A stretch of DNA of 38,472 bases from a virus. Taxonomy: Duplodnaviria; Caudoviricetes. The stretch covers positions 1 through 38,472 of the IMG/VR virus record IMGVR_UViG_3300044274_000065. One strand, given 5' to 3'. Under the pieces are notes generated by a model that was not told where the DNA came from, did no database searches, and saw only the letters and a program-made list of their open reading frames with translations. Below are positions 1-7,946 of the stretch, one piece after another (within the stretch, counting starts at the first letter, position 1; every line of letters starts with the position of its first letter). The position numbers were made by a program, and so were the translations under genes.

Positions 1-126
1 TTCTCCGAAATACCCGGCCACGCCGTGCACGGCACCGAGCGCCAGCGCGCTCATATCCCGGTGGGACCGGTAGCCGATTTCCAGCACGCCGGGAGCCAGC
101 TCACGCACCTCGATGCGCGGCGGCCG
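1..126 (-). pseudogene. Host H-NOX (heme NO/O2-binding) gene fragment, cut by the phage end
   Basis: My translation of 126->1 is RPPRIEVRELAPGVLEIGYRSHRDMSALALGAVHGVAGYFGE. It has the H-NOX YxSxR motif 16 residues after a Pro, followed by a GxxxGxAxxF-E helix. It is open to the window edge and lies outside the phage TG end at 128. Confidence 0.7.
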
Positions 127-127
127 C

Positions 128-170
128 TGAAGCCGCGCGCGATAAATCGCGCCCTCTGATGCGATAAATG
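128..170 (+). repeat. Late-side terminus with two transposase-binding-type repeats (GCGATAAAT, 22-bp period)
   Basis: TGAAGCCGCGC-GCGATAAAT-CGCGCCCTCTGAT-GCGATAAAT; TAAAT at positions 16-20 and 38-42 from the terminal T. Confidence 0.85.
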
Positions 171-212
171 ATAGGCGGAGATTGTTGCGCGTGGTGAAAC
201 CGCCTTGCAAGC

Positions 213-1004
213 TCAAAACAGCCCGGCCGGCTCAGCGGCCAAGTCCCAGCTGAAGATCAGCACCTCCTGTCGTTCCACCCCGTTACCGCAGCCCACGGTA
301 TACCGGATCCCGGTGGTCTCCATGTGGAAGCCGGCGAACGCCCGGCGGATGTCCGGGTGGTCGTTGAGGCTGATGATGGCCTTGCCCTGGATCTGGGCCA
401 GCAGCTCGGCCATCCGCTCGTAGTGCTCCCACCCAAAATCGACGCCGTAGCCCTCTGTCTCCCAGTACGGCGGGTCCATGTAGAAGAGCGTGTGTGGCCG
501 GTCGTACCGGCCGATCACTTCCTCCCAGCCCAGGTTCTCGATCCAGACGTTGCTCAGCCGCAGGTGCGCCGCTGACAGGCTCTCCTCCAGGCGCAGCAGG
601 TTCAGCCCGGGCGGCGACGTGGTGGCGGTGCCGAAGCTCTGGCCTTGGACGCGGCCGCCGAACGCCAGGTGCTGGAGGTAGTAGAAGCGCGCGGCGCGCT
701 GGATGTCGGTAAGGGTTTCCGGCCGGGTCATCTTCTGCCACTCGAACACCTTCCGGCTGCTCAGGGCCCACTTGAACTGGCGCACGAACTCTTCCAGGTG
801 GTGCTGGACGACGCGGTAGAGATTGATCAGCTCGCCGTTGATGTCGTTGAGCACCTCCACCTCGGCTGGCATCGGCCGATTGAATAGCAGCGCCGCGCCG
901 CCGGCGAACGGTTCGACGTAGCACTTGTGAGGGGGTAGGAACGGTATGATCCGGTCGACCAGGCGGCGCTTGCCGCCCAGCCACGGGATGATGGGGTCTG
1001 CCAT
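213..1004 (-). CDS. DNA adenine methyltransferase (Dam/D12 class)
   Basis: PWLGGK N-terminus, YVEPFAGG SAM-binding motif, LNDIN, DPPY catalytic motif; AGGAGG SD. Occupies the mom position. Confidence 0.93.
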   Translation of the reverse strand: MADPIIPWLGGKRRLVDRIIPFLPPHKCYVEPFAGGAALLFNRPMPAEVEVLNDINGELINLYRVVQHHLEEFVRQFKWALSSRKVFEWQKMTRPETLTDIQRAARFYYLQHLAFGGRVQGQSFGTATTSPPGLNLLRLEESLSAAHLRLSNVWIENLGWEEVIGRYDRPHTLFYMDPPYWETEGYGVDFGWEHYERMAELLAQIQGKAIISLNDHPDIRRAFAGFHMETTGIRYTVGCGNGVERQEVLIFSWDLAAEPAGLF

Positions 1005-1015
1005 GAAGCCTCCTG

Positions 1016-1147
1016 CTAGCGAGGCTCAGGGGCCTTCTGGTGGGTGCTCAGGTGTCCGCAGCGCGGGCACTTGATGCTGATCCAGGTGTAGACCGCTTCG
1101 GCCAGCTTTCGCCGGCACCGGTCACACCGCACTTCTCGTTTCGTCAT
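1016..1147 (-). CDS. com: Com-family zinc-finger translational regulator (43 aa, absent from ORF track)
   Basis: MTKREVRCDRCRRKLAEAVYTWISIKCPRCGHLSTHQKAPEPR: RCxxCxxxL...IxIKCPRC as in Mu Com; directly upstream of the modification gene. Confidence 0.88.
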   Translation of the reverse strand: MTKREVRCDRCRRKLAEAVYTWISIKCPRCGHLSTHQKAPEPR

Positions 1148-1348
1148 CTGCAAAGCCTTTGCGCAATCTGCTAGGCTTTCTCCGCTCGGTACCGGGCGGG
1201 GAGCCTTGCCGGCTCGCAGCGTGCTCTGCGGGTTGGGCCTGACCTGCGTGTGGCTGCACGTGGGCCAGGCGCTCCTCTTTTCCTCTGCTGGTTACATCTG
1301 AGACTCCATTCGCGCTGGTGTGCTGTGAATATTGGTTTAGAGTCGCAG

Positions 1349-1393
1349 ATGGTCGCCCGGGCCAAGACGAGGGTCATGTGAACGCGGGCAAAG
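1349..1393 (-). promoter_or_regulatory. Late promoter, Pmom-like: degenerate activator site plus -10 GACCAT
   Basis: + strand ATGTG-AACGCGGG-CAAAG (1376-1393); candidate -10 lies 21 nt downstream on -. Confidence 0.7.
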
Positions 1394-1395
1394 GT

Positions 1396-2091
1396 TCATG
1401 GTGAAGCCCCAATGGAATAATCGTGGATAGCAACGATCTCCGCATCACTGAGGTTGGCCTGGTGGACGGCCGCAAAGACATACTGGCAGTCCGTGATGAA
1501 GAACCTATCTTGTGCGGCACCTGAAGGTACAGCGCCCGCGTCCGCCACTTTCGATCCATCTACAAAAACATCGCAGGATCCACTAACGTCATGGCGCACG
1601 GCCAACGTCCGCTTACCGCTCCCGCCTGGGAAGCTAAACGTTCCATTGTTGAATCGCATTGAGTTGTCGCCAGCCAGCATATAGCTCGGGTCGCCTGAGA
1701 CTGAGGGATAAAACCCTGCGTAACGGTTGGTCGAGCCTCCAGGTAAATACAAAACGCGGATAACATAGGTGAACGGCACTGACTTAGCGTCCACCCCTCC
1801 AAAAGCATTCAAAAGCTCCATAGCGTCGGCGAGACTGTGAATATAAAAAGGCGTGCTGGCATCGTAATCCGTTTCCAACCGAACAGAATCAGATGATGTG
1901 ACGGCACTCAAAGGATGGTTGTTGCCGCTTAGGTCTGGCAATACTGAGCCATCGCCAATCACGGAAGGATTTTTCCCATATTCGTTTGCATCCCAAAGGC
2001 CCACTAGACCGGTGGACACGGGGTAGTCAGGCGTCATGTGGACCGGGCTATCCGGCGAGGCTATCACGCCGTGATTCAGCGGGAACATCAT
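1396..2091 (-). CDS. Putative receptor-binding/tail-tip protein, possible LamG/ConA-like fold
   Basis: Last tail gene; GLVGLWDA...DLSGNNH start and VFVDGSKV...ANLSDAEI end resemble LamG-type domains; ATGA overlap with the upstream stop; AT-richer than the backbone. Confidence 0.55.
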   Translation of the reverse strand: MMFPLNHGVIASPDSPVHMTPDYPVSTGLVGLWDANEYGKNPSVIGDGSVLPDLSGNNHPLSAVTSSDSVRLETDYDASTPFYIHSLADAMELLNAFGGVDAKSVPFTYVIRVLYLPGGSTNRYAGFYPSVSGDPSYMLAGDNSMRFNNGTFSFPGGSGKRTLAVRHDVSGSCDVFVDGSKVADAGAVPSGAAQDRFFITDCQYVFAAVHQANLSDAEIVAIHDYSIGASP

Positions 2092-2810
2092 GTGCGTTGC
2101 CCCCCAAGCCACCAGAGGTCGGCGGACTCCCGAAAGAAGCTCATCGGAGCGCCCTCGGCGGCGGTTGAAACCTTGTCACCCTCAGCCAAGATTGCGGAAT
2201 CACCGTCCCCCTGGCACGTCACCACGCCGGCACCGGCCTGAATGATCACGCCCTCGATATGGGCTCCCATTGCGAGGGCGCTGCTTCCCGGGAAGGTGAT
2301 GGTCACGGGGTCACCGCTGGTACACCACAACACCTTGCCACTGTCCGATTCCCCCACGGTGTAGGACGTCCCGCTGATGACAACAATACTCGCACCCGCA
2401 CCACCGCCGCTCGGCGCCAGTGACCAGGCGCCGTTCTGGCGGACGTAGGGGTTCCCATCGCTGGGCGCGTCGTTAACCGTCGCCATGGAACCCAGCTCAT
2501 CCAGAGTCAGAGAGGTTTTCGCCCATACAGCAGCGCCTTCGGTGGCGTCGAGGCAGCGAAATATCTCTCCGGAGCTGACGTTGAACCAGGTGGAGCCAGC
2601 GCTGTACCCAAGGCTGTCGTCATCCGTCGCGCCCGGGTCGGTGCTAGCGGATAGGTTGTCCAGATACCCGGAACCGCCAGAGCCGAGGTAGGCTTGGAGG
2701 ACTGATAGCGCGACCCGGCGGGATTCCAGCTCGCCCCCGACCATCTGGCTTATCTCGAGCAACTCCGTGCCCTGCAGCGCCTCCGCGTCGCTGAGGTCTG
2801 AAATCTTCAT
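2088..2810 (-). CDS. Modular tail fibre/adaptor protein
   Basis: MKISDL start, TDPGATDD..GYSAGSTW module, DAPSDGNPYVRQNGAW fibre motif, C-terminal TSYTV...VTITFP...IIQAGAG module. Confidence 0.7.
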   Translation of the reverse strand: MKISDLSDAEALQGTELLEISQMVGGELESRRVALSVLQAYLGSGGSGYLDNLSASTDPGATDDDSLGYSAGSTWFNVSSGEIFRCLDATEGAAVWAKTSLTLDELGSMATVNDAPSDGNPYVRQNGAWSLAPSGGGAGASIVVISGTSYTVGESDSGKVLWCTSGDPVTITFPGSSALAMGAHIEGVIIQAGAGVVTCQGDGDSAILAEGDKVSTAAEGAPMSFFRESADLWWLGGQRT

Positions 2811-5011
2811 TCGATACTCCTCGTTTGTCCTTCTTCGGTGCGCCGCAGCGTGCCGTCTTCGGCGGCGCGCGGCTCCGTGATCGTGTAGTTGAAGGTGTGG
2901 CGGACCGCCTGCCAGCTCTGCAGGCCGTCACGCAGCGCCGCCACTTCGATCGTGAATTCGCCTTCGTAGCCCGGATTGACGGTGACCTGGTTGCCGCTGA
3001 CGGTCTCCTGCAGCACCTGGGTGGCGCCGTCGAACACGGTCACTTGATATGTGGTGCCCGGTTCCGGGCCGACGCCGGCGTCCATCCAGGGCACGAGGAC
3101 GTCCTGCTGCAGCAGGCGATCGCGGTGGACCCAGTCGACAACCAGGTCGCCGAACAGGGCCTCCGGCCAGAACTGGCCGTTGAGCGTTAACCTTGCCGGC
3201 GGATACGGCCGCGCCTGGCGTTGGTCGAGCTGCAGAGACAGGGTCGTGGCGAGCGCGGGATCCAGCTGCTCGCCCGTGGTTCGGGAGATCAGTTTGGCGT
3301 CCACGCTGTCACCGTCCACGTACTCGGTGGGATCGGCGGCCGCGTAAGTGTCGTAGAACCAGATCCGCGTCCCGGCCGGGTGCCGTGCCGGCACGGTGTC
3401 TACACAGGCCCGTGAGACGCTGACGTCGAGCGTCTCGATGTTGAGGCTGTCGACGCGGACGATTTCCTCACCGATCAGTGCGGCACGCCCCGGTTTGACC
3501 AGGTCGAGATCGATGCCGGCGGACAGGATGGCCGCCGTGTCCTCCGGGCCGATCTCCGCATCGAGCACGGCCGTGGGTACCCAGTCGCCGACGTCACGCT
3601 TCTCGAACGCGGCCGAGCCGACCCGGGTGGTGAGGTTGTAGTTGAGCGAGAGGCCGGTGGGGCGGACACCGATCGCGCCCAGGAAGCTCGAATCGGGCTC
3701 CAGGGCGTCGAGCTGCGCCTGGGTGGTCTGGCGCACCAGGTCACGGAATGAAACCTCCAGGAGGCGCTGATAGAGCGCCGGCTGGGCCGTTCGGTTGGGG
3801 GGCTGCCAAGTGGAGGGCTGCTGCTCGGTGTAGACGTTGCTCGGTAGCCCGAACACGTCGAGCAGCGCCGTCACCGTGATGGCGGCGTCGTTAACGGTAC
3901 CGGCCTCGATGCGGCCCACCCGCAGTACTACCTGGTCGATGCCATCGTCCGGCGCGCTGATGCGGAAGACACCGCCGGGCTCCAGCGCGGCCCCGCGCCG
4001 GTCCAGGCGCACCTTAAACTTGCGCACGCCCCGCTGGGCCCGGATCTCGCGCTGAGCGACGCGGCTGGCCAGCTGGTGGGTGGGCAGTCCCGGGTAGTCG
4101 GCGCTGGTGCTGATCACCGTGCCGGCGGACTGTATGGCGCCCAGGTTCTGCTCACGCGCGGTGCGGTCTTCATTGGTGATCGGGTCGCGGTAGTTGACCA
4201 CCACTTCATTGGGGATGGTCTCGCCTGCAGAGAGCGTGTCTTCCTCGATCGAGAGCAGCCCGCTGTCGTAGGTGAACAGCGGCAGGTCTTCGGTCACGTA
4301 GTCGTCGCGGATCAGCCGCAGCGTCATCAAGCCGGTGCGCCGGCTGATGAACTGGGCGCCGCCGATGTGATCGATGATCGTCTGCATGAACGCGTTCACG
4401 GACTCTTTCCGCGTCCACAGCAGGCAGAGGCCGAAGCCCTCGCTGTACAGCCGATTCGCGGCCTCGGTGTAGGACTGGTAGTCGATGCGGTTGTCGCTGA
4501 GGCCCCGGCCCCAGCGGCGGTCTGTCTGGCAGGCCACGAGCATGTGGGCCGGGTTCATCGCGTGGATCTGGCCATCGGCCAGCTCGATCTTGACCTTCTC
4601 CGGATACCAGCATGCGCCGTCCCAGCCTTTGGTGTGCCGGCGGTACCGGATTTTCCACGGCTTCGGATACGGGTTCATGGCCCCGATCTGGCCGTCGAAG
4701 AACAACGTGAACATGCCTCTGAACGCCGGCACCAGGCCACCCAGCATGTTCTTCAGGCGCGTCAGCACGCCCTGGTCGGGCTCACCCATTAGGACGTCCA
4801 GGCCACCGACAATGCCACCCTCTGCTTCGTCACCGCCGAAGAGGTAGCCTTTGTTGATGTTGATGCGGATGTTACCCGTGACCGAACCGCTCCAGGCCCG
4901 GCGATCGCCGACGCGGATCTCGACCAGCTCGTCGACCGGCCCCCGGCCGATCCCCATGTGTATGCCGAAGTAGTAGCGGTACCCGACCGTGACTTCCTTA
5001 CTGCCGCCCAT
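2807..5011 (-). CDS. Central tail/host-specificity protein (tip attachment, gpJ-like)
   Basis: Start moved to MGGSKEVTVGYRY (GGGAGG SD); MNPYPKPW and HAMNPAH motifs typical of D3112-type tail proteins; ~734 aa. Confidence 0.8.
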   Translation of the reverse strand: MGGSKEVTVGYRYYFGIHMGIGRGPVDELVEIRVGDRRAWSGSVTGNIRININKGYLFGGDEAEGGIVGGLDVLMGEPDQGVLTRLKNMLGGLVPAFRGMFTLFFDGQIGAMNPYPKPWKIRYRRHTKGWDGACWYPEKVKIELADGQIHAMNPAHMLVACQTDRRWGRGLSDNRIDYQSYTEAANRLYSEGFGLCLLWTRKESVNAFMQTIIDHIGGAQFISRRTGLMTLRLIRDDYVTEDLPLFTYDSGLLSIEEDTLSAGETIPNEVVVNYRDPITNEDRTAREQNLGAIQSAGTVISTSADYPGLPTHQLASRVAQREIRAQRGVRKFKVRLDRRGAALEPGGVFRISAPDDGIDQVVLRVGRIEAGTVNDAAITVTALLDVFGLPSNVYTEQQPSTWQPPNRTAQPALYQRLLEVSFRDLVRQTTQAQLDALEPDSSFLGAIGVRPTGLSLNYNLTTRVGSAAFEKRDVGDWVPTAVLDAEIGPEDTAAILSAGIDLDLVKPGRAALIGEEIVRVDSLNIETLDVSVSRACVDTVPARHPAGTRIWFYDTYAAADPTEYVDGDSVDAKLISRTTGEQLDPALATTLSLQLDQRQARPYPPARLTLNGQFWPEALFGDLVVDWVHRDRLLQQDVLVPWMDAGVGPEPGTTYQVTVFDGATQVLQETVSGNQVTVNPGYEGEFTIEVAALRDGLQSWQAVRHTFNYTITEPRAAEDGTLRRTEEGQTRSIE

Positions 5012-5207
5012 TGGCTGCCTCCCGTGCGACAGCGGCGACACGCAATCCGAGCGCGTCGCCGGTGGCCTCGACCTGGTCGACCGTCAGCTGACCGCGCCGG
5101 CAGTCCTCAAACGCCAGGTCGTGCCGCTTGAACCAGGCGCGCGCGCCGGACATGCAGAGCCCGGCTTCGTGGATGTGGCGCGGGTAGACCCGGACCGGCT
5201 CGGTCAC
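4998..5207 (-). CDS. Small tail assembly protein
   Basis: CMSGARAWF..H.L...ATGDAL motif, conserved at this position in D3112-type tails; coupled to neighbours. Confidence 0.7.
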   Translation of the reverse strand: MTEPVRVYPRHIHEAGLCMSGARAWFKRHDLAFEDCRRGQLTVDQVEATGDALGLRVAAVAREAANGRQ

Positions 5208-5440
5208 TTCTTGCCTCCGTCGGATTCAATGGGCGTGGTGCGGTAGTTGCCGACACCGAGCACAGTCCAGCCCGTCGACCAAACGTCACCGAAAGCGACG
5301 GCCTGGGGGGTGCCCTCTTCAGCGGTTGGGAAGTCGAAATCCGTAAACGCCGCCGGCTTTGGCTTTGGCGGTTTCGGTGCCAGAGCCGAGCTGAGGGCAG
5401 CCACCACCAGCATGATCGCGATATTGACCAGAAAACCCAT
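5204..5440 (-). CDS. Small tail assembly protein
   Basis: Hydrophobic N-terminus, then PKP..DFDFPTAEEGTPQAVAFGD, typical of this tail module. Confidence 0.75.
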   Translation of the reverse strand: MGFLVNIAIMLVVAALSSALAPKPPKPKPAAFTDFDFPTAEEGTPQAVAFGDVWSTGWTVLGVGNYRTTPIESDGGKK

Positions 5441-5452
5441 GTCGTCGTCTCC

Positions 5453-6271
5453 TCAAAAAACCGGGTTGCCGTCGAACGGTGAGCGCCCAGGCAGTGCCGG
5501 CACGCCGCCGTAGTTCTCGACGTTGTCGAACTTGCTATCGCATACCGCCACCGTTCGGGCGCAGCCAGGGTAGGCGCGCACCTGGACACCTGGCTTTAGC
5601 TCCAGGGAGCCGCCGAGCAGGGTGAGGTTGGTGCCCACGTGGCTGTCGATGCCGCGCTGTTCCACGGCGCCGGAAACCACCTCCCACTCGATGAAGCCGC
5701 CGGTGAACCAGCCGTCGGGATGGGCACCGAACGGCCCGCCTGTGATCGTGATGCCACTGGCGCTGGTGAGGGTAGCCGTGGTGCGGAACTGCTCCTTGTC
5801 GACGCGGCAGTTGGTGTCGTAGAGCGCGTAGGGGCACTGGCGGCCCCACACGAGACGCAAACCAGTGTTGTCCTGCTCGGACGATAGCGGCCGACACACC
5901 AGCTTCGCCTTGCCAGCGCGACGTTTCAGGATGACGTCGCTCAGCAGCCCTACCCACTTAACCAGGGCCGCCGGATCGCCGAGGTCTTTATCCCAGATCG
6001 TCAGCTCGATGGGCGTGCTGGGCGGGTAGATCCGGTAGATGCCGAGCAGCTCCAGGTCCAGGGGTACATCGATGTTCAGCGCGTCCGCGCTGGCCTCACC
6101 GGTCTGGCGGATGCCGTCGTCTTTGATCTGGATGCTGTGAAAGGTCTGGTTATCCTGCACCACGTCCAGGCCAGCGTTGGTGTAGCGCCACCGCTGCGCG
6201 CCCCGGGCGAACTCATACAGCTGAATCGGCCGAGCGTTCGAGATTGAGGAGTCCAGATCGTCATAGCTCAT
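5453..6271 (-). CDS. Tail tip/hub protein (BR0599/DUF2163-like)
   Basis: CPYALYD..C and YPGC......C..KFDN..NYGG.P Cys motifs. Confidence 0.82.
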   Translation of the reverse strand: MSYDDLDSSISNARPIQLYEFARGAQRWRYTNAGLDVVQDNQTFHSIQIKDDGIRQTGEASADALNIDVPLDLELLGIYRIYPPSTPIELTIWDKDLGDPAALVKWVGLLSDVILKRRAGKAKLVCRPLSSEQDNTGLRLVWGRQCPYALYDTNCRVDKEQFRTTATLTSASGITITGGPFGAHPDGWFTGGFIEWEVVSGAVEQRGIDSHVGTNLTLLGGSLELKPGVQVRAYPGCARTVAVCDSKFDNVENYGGVPALPGRSPFDGNPVF

Positions 6272-7946
6272 CGCGCACCCCCCGGAACACCAACTGGGCC
6301 CGGGCCGAGCCTTCCACGTCAGTGATGTGCTCCAGCTCGACGGTGTCGCTGTCCAGCCGCATCAGCGTCATCCAGCTCACGCGACGCACCTGGTTGGCCT
6401 CGAACTCGACGTCCCAGGGCTCACCGAGGTTCAACCGCTCGGTCACCGCATCCAGCTCCGAGGAACCCAGCACACGCCGGTACCGGACCGTCCCGTCGTT
6501 CAGCTCCACTCGGATATCACGCCGGCCGGTGATGCCGGCGGCGAAACGGCCGTACTGTATGTGGGCCACGTCGATGAACGACGTGCTGGTGGCCACCGGC
6601 GCAGTCACGTCCAGATCGTCCATCCACGTAGGCATCCAGAGCGCCCCTTGGCGGCCGCGTAACGCGTACACCAGGCTGCGGAAATCGGCGCGCTCCTCGG
6701 CACCATCCAAGAGCCAGCCGTGGCCCTGCACCGGGAAACTGATGCCGGCCTGGTCGCGCACGTTCGGTGCGGCCGTGCCGTTATCGAGCACCTTAAGCAG
6801 GCGCTCGTAGGACAGGCTCAAGTCCCGGCTCTCTTCCGGCCGGATCTCCAGCACCGGCCAGCCGCGATATTCCGGGAGCACGTGGCTGACCGGCCAGGCG
6901 GACGGCGTTTCGAGCCGGAACTCGACATCGCCACGCACCGCCCGGTTGGTCATCCGCGTGAGCGCGGGCTGATCGGTCAGGCGGGCGGTGCGAACCGGAT
7001 AGAGCCGCACCGTGTGCGGCCAGTCCCGCTTCACCGGGTTTCGCAGGCCGATGCGATCGGCCTCCAAGGTGAGAACCTCAAGCACCTCATAGTCGGCGGC
7101 TTGCTCACCGAGCAGCAGCACCAGCCCGCCCTCAGCAAAATCTCGGTACCGGGTATCACAGATGATCTCCGGGCTGCCGGCGGCGACGCCTGGCAGCCAC
7201 TGAACGTCGTGCCAGATCGGCAGCGCCCACAGGCGGGCACCCCATCCGAAGACGGCCAGATCCAGGAGAGCCCGGTCGGGACCCTCGGCTGAGATCGAGA
7301 ACTCGTAGTGCCGGCGTGGCAGGTCGCGGCCGGCGCGGCGCTGCTCGACGCCGGTCTGGCTCGGCAGCATGTCGGTGAGCCATTCCAGGCGCTCCTGGAC
7401 GCTCTCTGTCCAATTCGGCGACCAGGGCCAGGCCGTCACGCGGTTGCCGGTTATGGGGAGTACCGCAGGTGGCTCACCAGTGAACTGCCAGGTGAACGCG
7501 GCGTTGACGACCGGCGGGCCGTCGACGCCGATCGCGATTTCCCACAGGCGCTCGCGCAACGGTTCAAAGTCCATGGGCGGGTCGCCGGGGCCGGTAATCT
7601 GTATTCCTTCAGCGTTTTCGCTCGATAAATCGTCCAGCAGGCGAGGTTCTAAATAGGCATTCCAAACCTGAACCTCATGCGTTTGGGCTGATACGACGTT
7701 TCCAACTTCGAGAGCTGGTGGCGTGACATGGATACGATAGTAAAAATCGTCCGAGAAGCGCCCGAACCGCTGCCCGTTCTCAACTTTCGGGTGCTCGTCA
7801 ATGGGCTGACTATGGCCGATTAGGCCGGCCAAAACCCAACTGCCTTGCCAGGAATTCGTTCGTTCTCCAGGCAGATCGCGCTGCACGTCGATCGCTGGGT
7901 TAAACCCTGCGGTAACGGGAAAGATGGCCGTTATCTTTGGCATCAC
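6261..7946 (-). CDS. Tail structural protein (distal tail region)
   Basis: 561 aa; DDFYYRIHV, ERLEWLTD, EQRR..R..PRR, RLDSD.VELEH motifs of D3112-type virion proteins. Confidence 0.75.
   Translation of the reverse strand: MMPKITAIFPVTAGFNPAIDVQRDLPGERTNSWQGSWVLAGLIGHSQPIDEHPKVENGQRFGRFSDDFYYRIHVTPPALEVGNVVSAQTHEVQVWNAYLEPRLLDDLSSENAEGIQITGPGDPPMDFEPLRERLWEIAIGVDGPPVVNAAFTWQFTGEPPAVLPITGNRVTAWPWSPNWTESVQERLEWLTDMLPSQTGVEQRRAGRDLPRRHYEFSISAEGPDRALLDLAVFGWGARLWALPIWHDVQWLPGVAAGSPEIICDTRYRDFAEGGLVLLLGEQAADYEVLEVLTLEADRIGLRNPVKRDWPHTVRLYPVRTARLTDQPALTRMTNRAVRGDVEFRLETPSAWPVSHVLPEYRGWPVLEIRPEESRDLSLSYERLLKVLDNGTAAPNVRDQAGISFPVQGHGWLLDGAEERADFRSLVYALRGRQGALWMPTWMDDLDVTAPVATSTSFIDVAHIQYGRFAAGITGRRDIRVELNDGTVRYRRVLGSSELDAVTERLNLGEPWDVEFEANQVRRVSWMTLMRLDSDTVELEHITDVEGSARAQLVFRGVRDEL

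Noticed and set aside
1-127. First 127 bp as part of the phage
   Set aside because: No TG start; end-repeat symmetry places the terminus at 128 and the segment encodes a host-type domain.
283-984. 233-aa alternative-frame ORF within the methylase, considered as a Com fusion
   Set aside because: Com stops at 1016 in a different frame; the product is Pro/Arg-rich noise.
1396-5011. Invertible tail-fibre segment or diversity-generating retroelement
   Set aside because: No recombinase, reverse transcriptase, inverted fibre copy or template/variable repeat pair seen.
7622-7631. TCGATAAATC (and GGGATAAAT at 24631) resembling the end repeat
   Set aside because: Single partial matches inside coding sequence with no partner at 22 bp; likely chance.
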